From: a virus
DNA: 64,000 nucleotides
Strand: one strand, 5' to 3'
IMG/VR virus record: IMGVR_UViG_3300046780_000088
Coordinates: 22,783 to 86,782 of that record
Part shown: one piece after another, positions 58,243 to 64,000 of the stretch
Numbering within the stretch: the stretch's first letter is position 1
Layout of the letters: every line of letters starts with the position of its first letter
Notes under the pieces: generated by a model
Databases searched by the model: none
Seen by the model: only the letters and a program-made list of their open reading frames with translations
What the model was told of the DNA's origin: nothing
Made by a program: the position numbers and the translations under genes

Positions 58243-61200
58243 ATGTCAGTAAAAAAGAATCCAGTTGGTTATGCAGATTCGTTTAGTCCGTATGGACAAA
58301 CTGGTGGCGGAGCTTTGCCTATGGGTCCACCCGGAACATCATCTGGTGTTCCTACATCGGTTGGTGCAAATAATCCGAATACTGGTGGATTGCCAATGGA
58401 CCCATCAACTACATCTGCATCTTCTGGATGGATAAATTGGGACATTGGTGTTGTAACTCCGGTTGCTCCTGCATCAAGTCTTCAATCAACAGGGAAGAAA
58501 CGTGGCGCACCGTCAACAGCTACCGTTGCAGCGCTTGGTTCGTTTCTTCCAGTTGCATATGGCACAGTTCAAGTGCCAGCGCTGCTTGTTAATATTTTGG
58601 ATAGTCCATCGACAGGCAAAACAACGTTTTTTGTTTTGTGGTGTGAGGGACCGATAGGTGCTATCACACAAGTTCAGATGAACGACACTGATCTTCCTAA
58701 TGGAACGATCATTACCAATTACACAGGTACGCAATCACAGACAGTAAATTCGACTCTTGTATCAGGTTACGCTGCTGTTATAGGTGGACACCAAACAGGG
58801 CCAACATGGAATAATGCGCTGCTTGGAATTGCATATTCTGTGATCACTTTGGACTATGGCAAGAACACATCACCGCCGAAGTTTACTGCAACGATTAATG
58901 GTCGTAACGTTTATGATCCTCGTAAAGACTCAACGTTGTGTTGGAATCTGTTGACGTTCACAGAAGATTTCAGTAATGCAGCTTGGACGAAAACTAGAAC
59001 AACAGCATCAGCTAAAACAGCAAATGGCGGTAGGATTAGAACAACAGCGCAAACCAATTTGATTACCGAAGATGCCACAGCAAGTGCAACACACTTGGTG
59101 CAACAAAATGTGACATTGACCGCGAGCAAGACGTATACAAAATCTGTATATGCAACAGTTAATCCATTGCATCCTCGCAATTTCATCTATTTGCAAATCA
59201 CTGATCTTGCCGGTACGTCAAAGCACGCATATTTCAATATTTCAACTGGTGCTATTGGAAATGTAAGCGCTGGATGTACAGCAGCAATCGAATCACAAGG
59301 TACAGGATGGTATCGTTGTGAGTTTACTTTTGCTTCAGCGACAGGTGTAACAGCACCGGCTGAAGTGATTGGTCTTGCTGCCGCAGACAACACTCCTTCA
59401 TATACTGGTGATGGTGTGTCTGGTGTATATCTATGGGGAGCGCAGACAGAAATAGCTCCTGCCGTACAGGAATATTTTCCTGTATTGACAAACCTTGCTG
59501 CTATGACGCAGAGGCAAACAGATCAAACGACTTGGGCATTCTCAGCTAACGCTGCTTGCATTCTTGCAGATTTCTTGTCGCAACCAGCGACATCGTGGGG
59601 TGCTGGAAAAACTGTTCTTTGGTCTTCGGTAATTTCTACCGCGCAGATGAGTGACACTGCCCTTGGTGTATATCCAAATATTGAAGTTCAACGCGATTGC
59701 AATATGTTGTTGGATAAACCGGCCACAATAGATTCATGGAAAGACACTCTCCGCACTGCTGCTGGTTGTTTCCTTGCAGAGAATCAAAATGTAGTAAAGC
59801 TTATTCCAGATTTATTGGGTGTTGCAACACAAACGTTTTCTGACAGCGATGGAACATTAATTGCGATCACTAATCTGCATACAGCAGATGCTACGCAATT
59901 ACCAACAGTAATTGATTTGACTTGGACTGATACTACAGGTGCTACGGCAACACCGCCTACTCCGTGGAAAGATAATACTGTTACCGTTAAGCGAATTGGT
60001 GTTGATACTGGCACAGTACCGTGGCGTCGGTCGTCGGTCCCTATGCAATGGATTCAACGTTACTCGCAAGCCTCGCGTGAGGCAACAGAACGTTTGAATA
60101 AATTATGGCTTCGTTCTCCAATGTTCGATGCTGAAGTTTTCGATGAAGGATTGAAGACTGAAGTTGGAGACACGATAGCATTGAATTCCACAGAACATGG
60201 TTTTGTTAGTTTGCTTTGCAAAGTATTCCAAGTCACGCCTACAGATCATGGTACTTGGGTTCTTTCAGTTACGAAAGACGATCCGGGTTCATATAGCTTG
60301 ACTGTGCAAACAAACCCAACTATTCCTGCTATCGCTCTTCCTGATCCTAGTAATGTTCCAATGATCACAGGGTTGGTGGTGGCAGAAGATGTTTACCAAG
60401 CGCAGACAGGATATTTTGCTTCACGTTGGAAGATCGATTGGGATGATCCTAGTTTGTCGTGGCCTTATGTTGATCGAATCAATGTTGTTGTTACGCAAAA
60501 TGGAATATTGAAAGACTCAGCACAAGTTGCTCGCGGAGCTACTGAATATGTTACGCCATCGATGGCAGAAAATCTTGCGTATGATATTTCTGTCAACATT
60601 ATTTCGACAGTTGGTATTGCTGGTCCTGTTGCTTCTGTAACAGCAACGAACAGTGGTAAATCTGCATTGCCAACAGATGTTGCTATTCTTAATGGGTACG
60701 ATATTTCTGGTGAAACACATTTGCAATGGACACCATCAACTGATCTTGATTTAACTGGATATGAAATCAGATATTATCAAGGTGGAAGTCCATCATGGGC
60801 AAATGCAACATTGCTTGATCGGGTTTCTGTTCCATCATTGAAATATGTAACTAACGGACTTGTTCCGCCCGGAGCAACAACGTTTTATATTAAGGCTCTT
60901 GATTCAGTTCGTAGCAATGATTTACCGTTTGGTCAGTATTCAGCGAATGCCGCCTCATGTTCCGTTACTGTTGGAACGAACCCTGATTCGCTTGTTGCTG
61001 CAACGCATACTTGGACAACACCAACTCTTACTGCGATGGTGGCAACAGGTTCGTCACCGCAGAATTGGCTTACTGATTACGGCACTTCATGGTCAACATT
61101 ATTCCCAACTGCATTGTCTGGTTTTACGAATGTTCTTTCTAGTTATTTTGGTACTGGTGTTAGCACGTTGTTGACTGAGACTTTCGATTTGGGTCAAGCA

Positions 61201-61716
61201 TATGCTGGACTCTTAACCAACAATGCAACGTGGACTGATCTGTCTGGTGTTGCAACAGTGTTCATTGAAACATCGCTTGACAACGTAACGTTCACACAGT
61301 TCTCCGGACAAGCAGCGCAGATCAACGGACGCTATGTTCGATTCCGCATTACCACAACTGGTGTTGTGCTTGTTACTAGTATGGGATCAATGCAGTTGTC
61401 AGTTGTTGCGGCAAGCGAATCTGGAAGTGTGATGACTAGCACAACAGGTTGGGTAACTGTGACGCTTGCTCGCAAATATTCAAAGGTTAAAACGATTCAA
61501 CTTACATCTGATGGAAGTCTTGGTGTAGCGAATCCGGTCTATGATCAGAACAGCATCACGCTGGTTGGCGATCCAAGATATGTGAACACTACTTACATTC
61601 CAGAAGATTATGTTGACGAGGCTTACAGTCCGCTTGGCTCATTCGCAGTTGAATGTTTCGACAACAACGACAATCTACTCGCTCGATCTACCAATTATTT
61701 GTTTCAAGGAATCTAA
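58243..61716 (+). CDS. Tail tip/central fibre (gpJ-like) protein with Fn3-like domains
   Basis: LPVAYG, WCEGPI, GRNVYDPR, LQWTPSTDLDLTGYEIRY. Confidence 0.85.
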   Translation: MSVKKNPVGYADSFSPYGQTGGGALPMGPPGTSSGVPTSVGANNPNTGGLPMDPSTTSASSGWINWDIGVVTPVAPASSLQSTGKKRGAPSTATVAALGSFLPVAYGTVQVPALLVNILDSPSTGKTTFFVLWCEGPIGAITQVQMNDTDLPNGTIITNYTGTQSQTVNSTLVSGYAAVIGGHQTGPTWNNALLGIAYSVITLDYGKNTSPPKFTATINGRNVYDPRKDSTLCWNLLTFTEDFSNAAWTKTRTTASAKTANGGRIRTTAQTNLITEDATASATHLVQQNVTLTASKTYTKSVYATVNPLHPRNFIYLQITDLAGTSKHAYFNISTGAIGNVSAGCTAAIESQGTGWYRCEFTFASATGVTAPAEVIGLAAADNTPSYTGDGVSGVYLWGAQTEIAPAVQEYFPVLTNLAAMTQRQTDQTTWAFSANAACILADFLSQPATSWGAGKTVLWSSVISTAQMSDTALGVYPNIEVQRDCNMLLDKPATIDSWKDTLRTAAGCFLAENQNVVKLIPDLLGVATQTFSDSDGTLIAITNLHTADATQLPTVIDLTWTDTTGATATPPTPWKDNTVTVKRIGVDTGTVPWRRSSVPMQWIQRYSQASREATERLNKLWLRSPMFDAEVFDEGLKTEVGDTIALNSTEHGFVSLLCKVFQVTPTDHGTWVLSVTKDDPGSYSLTVQTNPTIPAIALPDPSNVPMITGLVVAEDVYQAQTGYFASRWKIDWDDPSLSWPYVDRINVVVTQNGILKDSAQVARGATEYVTPSMAENLAYDISVNIISTVGIAGPVASVTATNSGKSALPTDVAILNGYDISGETHLQWTPSTDLDLTGYEIRYYQGGSPSWANATLLDRVSVPSLKYVTNGLVPPGATTFYIKALDSVRSNDLPFGQYSANAASCSVTVGTNPDSLVAATHTWTTPTLTAMVATGSSPQNWLTDYGTSWSTLFPTALSGFTNVLSSYFGTGVSTLLTETFDLGQAYAGLLTNNATWTDLSGVATVFIETSLDNVTFTQFSGQAAQINGRYVRFRITTTGVVLVTSMGSMQLSVVAASESGSVMTSTTGWVTVTLARKYSKVKTIQLTSDGSLGVANPVYDQNSITLVGDPRYVNTTYIPEDYVDEAYSPLGSFAVECFDNNDNLLARSTNYLFQGI

Positions 61717-62436
61717 ATGGCATTAACCCTACGAGCAGTAAAAGGTTCTCAGCTTACGCAAGCTGAAATGGATGCGAACATGAAGGAAATTGGTTTCGTG
61801 TCTTCTACTGTTGCTAGTGCTGCAACAACTGATTTGAATACTGCTACAGGGAATTATGTTCCTATCAGTGGTACAACAACTATCACCAGTTTTGGTTCTG
61901 CCGCTCCGACAGGGACTTTGCGTATTTTGAAGTTTGCTGGTGCGCTAACATTGACTCATGGTGCTTCTGCAATTGTACTTCCGGGGGCTATTAATTTTGT
62001 TACGCGAGCAAATGATATTGTAGCGTTCGTTCATGAAGGTTCAGGTTTGTGGCGATGTATTGATCTGGTTCGCGCTGATGGTTCAACGCTTGCACAGTTC
62101 TTACAGTTCCCCGCTGTGTTCGATAACGGTTCGACTCCGGGTGCTACGCCAACAATCGATCCTACCAAGGGTGCACGACAAAAGATCACTCTCAATATTA
62201 ACGTTACCACGTTCACTATTACAGCACCGCCAAATAGTTTACCAATGAATTTGCAGATTGATATTTTTCAAGATGGAACTGGTGGCAGAACATGGCCCGC
62301 TGGTGGACCGGCAAGTTCGAAGTGGAAGACAGGAGCAGACAAAGTATTGAGTGCTGCCGCGAGTGCGCGTGATCGTTTGATTGCTGATTATGATGGCACT
62401 GCATGGATTTGTGATTTGATGAAGGGTATCGCGTGA
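61717..62436 (+). CDS. Tail fibre-related protein
   Basis: LTLRAVKGSQLTQAEMDAN; ISGTTTITSFG; QDGTGGRT. Confidence 0.7.
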   Translation: MALTLRAVKGSQLTQAEMDANMKEIGFVSSTVASAATTDLNTATGNYVPISGTTTITSFGSAAPTGTLRILKFAGALTLTHGASAIVLPGAINFVTRANDIVAFVHEGSGLWRCIDLVRADGSTLAQFLQFPAVFDNGSTPGATPTIDPTKGARQKITLNINVTTFTITAPPNSLPMNLQIDIFQDGTGGRTWPAGGPASSKWKTGADKVLSAAASARDRLIADYDGTAWICDLMKGIA

Positions 62437-63098
62437 CAGCTAGTTACATTGGTGTTGGAACTGTTACTGGTGGTGCTGCGTCAGGCGCAGTGACATCGCA
62501 CGCAAGCACACTTGCTGGTGACGTTCTTATCTTATTGACCAATGCTGGTGGTGCGAACGTAAGTACAATCACAGGTGGAAGCAGTCCGACATGGACTAAA
62601 TTTGGAACTACACAAACAACTTCCAACAGTTTAGTTCACTTGGAAGTATGGTACGCGACGGCAGCAGCAGCGGATATTGCCGCATCATTCACGGTGACTT
62701 ACACAGTGTCAACGCAGTTCACCGCAGCTTTGGCAACATGGCGCGGTGGAAGTGGAGCTACACCTTCACTTGGTAATTTCCAAGGAACCATAGATAACAC
62801 AGCAGGCACGATTATTACATCGCCGAATTGGAATGGTTCGGTTGCTGTTGCTTATGGTGCTATCAACAGCACAGGTGCGACTCCAACTTGTACAGTTACA
62901 GGCGCAGCATGGACAGAAATTGTAGACCATGCGCGAACAACCAACATTGCAAGTGATGTGGCAAATGACACTTCAACAAGTGGCATTAGTAATCCCGGCA
63001 GTACATTTACTTGGACTTCAAGTGGTGCATCACGCGCTGCTCTTACATTCAATGTGATTGACGCTGGTGGAACTCCATTATTTTTTGGAAGCAACTAA
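62433..63098 (+). CDS. Tail-associated protein
   Basis: Thr/Gly/Ala-rich; AGDVLIL..WTK..EVWY. Confidence 0.6.
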   Translation: MTASYIGVGTVTGGAASGAVTSHASTLAGDVLILLTNAGGANVSTITGGSSPTWTKFGTTQTTSNSLVHLEVWYATAAAADIAASFTVTYTVSTQFTAALATWRGGSGATPSLGNFQGTIDNTAGTIITSPNWNGSVAVAYGAINSTGATPTCTVTGAAWTEIVDHARTTNIASDVANDTSTSGISNPGSTFTWTSSGASRAALTFNVIDAGGTPLFFGSN

Positions 63099-64000
63099 AT
63101 GACTTCTTCTTATACAGCACTAGATTCTACAAAACCAGCCGGAACACAAACGGGTCCGCAGTTCGCGGTATCGGCTAATTCAAACGACGTAGCATTGTGG
63201 TACGGATTGATTGCTGCCAATCCTGATGGATGGGTATATGCACCTGTTGTTGGATCAGGCACGGCAGAACAACCACAATACATGGTCTGGACAAATGGAG
63301 CATTCCGTGTTCGAGGAACTTTGACTTGGGGTGTTTCTGCTGGCGCGACAGGAAACATTACACAGATCATTTGGGAAGTCTCACAGGATAGCGGTAGCAC
63401 GCCAAACAGCACAGGTACTTGGGCAGCGCGCGGATCAACGCAGACGATGACATATGACGCAAATGGCAATCTCACAGCGACAACAAATGCTGGTGGCTTC
63501 GCAACATTCGTAGCATATCTGATTGGTAGAGTTAAAGGGCACACGACACTATTGGCATCGCATACCGCTGCATTGGCAGCGCTCGGTACGATGTCAACTC
63601 AATCAGCAAGTGCTGTTGCAATTGCTGGTGGTTCAATCAATGGAACACCAATCGGTGCAACGACTCCATCTGTTGTTGCAGCAACAAATTTTGAAGGTGT
63701 TGTTGTTAATCTAGGAAACATTACCGGAACTGTAAACATTGATTGGAATCTTGGCGATTATTACTACGGTACGCAGACAGGCATTACTACGATAACATTC
63801 TCGAATCTTCCAGCATCAGGAAGAGCGCAAGGTTTGACGTTGGAAGTAACAAACCCCGGCGCGTTTGCTTGGACGTGGCCTACGATCAAATGGCCTAGTG
63901 CTACTGCGCCAACACGAACTGTTTCTGGAATCGATTTATTTGAATTCTCATGTCGTGATGGAGTAACAGTTCGTGGCGTGCAATCAATGAAGGATAGTAG
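63099..64000 (+). CDS. Tail fibre-related protein (runs off the window end; absent from the ORF track)
   Basis: ATG 63099, frame open to 64000; LGTMSTQSASAVAIAGGSINGTPIGATTPS. Confidence 0.7.
   Translation, partial: MTSSYTALDSTKPAGTQTGPQFAVSANSNDVALWYGLIAANPDGWVYAPVVGSGTAEQPQYMVWTNGAFRVRGTLTWGVSAGATGNITQIIWEVSQDSGSTPNSTGTWAARGSTQTMTYDANGNLTATTNAGGFATFVAYLIGRVKGHTTLLASHTAALAALGTMSTQSASAVAIAGGSINGTPIGATTPSVVAATNFEGVVVNLGNITGTVNIDWNLGDYYYGTQTGITTITFSNLPASGRAQGLTLEVTNPGAFAWTWPTIKWPSATAPTRTVSGIDLFEFSCRDGVTVRGVQSMKDS

Larger units (their letters stand above)
1..64000. mobile_element. Tailed bacteriophage genome segment (siphovirus-like), truncated at both window ends
   Basis: Terminase, portal, capsid, tail tube, tape measure and tail-tip genes lie on the + strand. 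Replication genes and dense small ORFs lie on the - strand. No host housekeeping operons and no integrase are seen. Confidence 0.97.

Noticed and set aside
28346-63544. Minus-strand ORFs over the right arm (e.g. 28346-29125, 31333-32073, 44670-45440, 53646-54311)
   Set aside because: They are antisense shadows of structural genes.
1-64000. Stop-codon reassignment or suppressor tRNA
   Set aside because: Core genes are full length in the standard code and end in TAA, TGA or TAG. The Asp tRNA loop contains CTA only off-centre; its anticodon is GTC.

Overview
The window is a 64 kb segment of a tailed dsDNA phage (siphovirus-type), probably infecting a proteobacterium, and it is cut at both ends. 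The left arm (about 0.7-25.6 kb, minus strand) carries a primase-helicase, an SSB-like protein, an SNF2 helicase, a metallophosphoesterase, an HslV-like peptidase, MazG, two RNA ligases (RtcB and Rnl2-type), a ParB-like protein, many small hypothetical ORFs, two tRNAs and a circularly permuted (two-piece) tmRNA. A divergent control region at about 25.6-26.3 kb holds two back-to-back sigmaE-type promoters and an origin-like palindrome. The right arm (plus strand) carries a third tRNA, the terminase, the portal, an 8.6 kb block of extra virion/fibre genes, and head and tail genes. The best candidate for an undescribed system is a set of six ORFs flanking the large terminase. They share a conserved N-terminal leader (MTGWTD.AR.ASL..R...K.HNANG...GQE.H; about 38 aa, only about 17 aa in one member) fused to unrelated cargo domains: SAM-lyase-like, ADP-ribosyltransferase-like, HNH and unknown. 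This suggests a modular virion-packaging/ejection tag for anti-defence effectors. Other notable signals are a strongly strand-polar TGTGAG hexamer confined to the left arm, the permuted tmRNA under an ECF-type promoter, non-canonical tRNA anticodon loops, a stand-alone ubiquitin-like protein, and a structured non-coding region at the left edge. All family assignments come from motif recognition by eye, not database searches.
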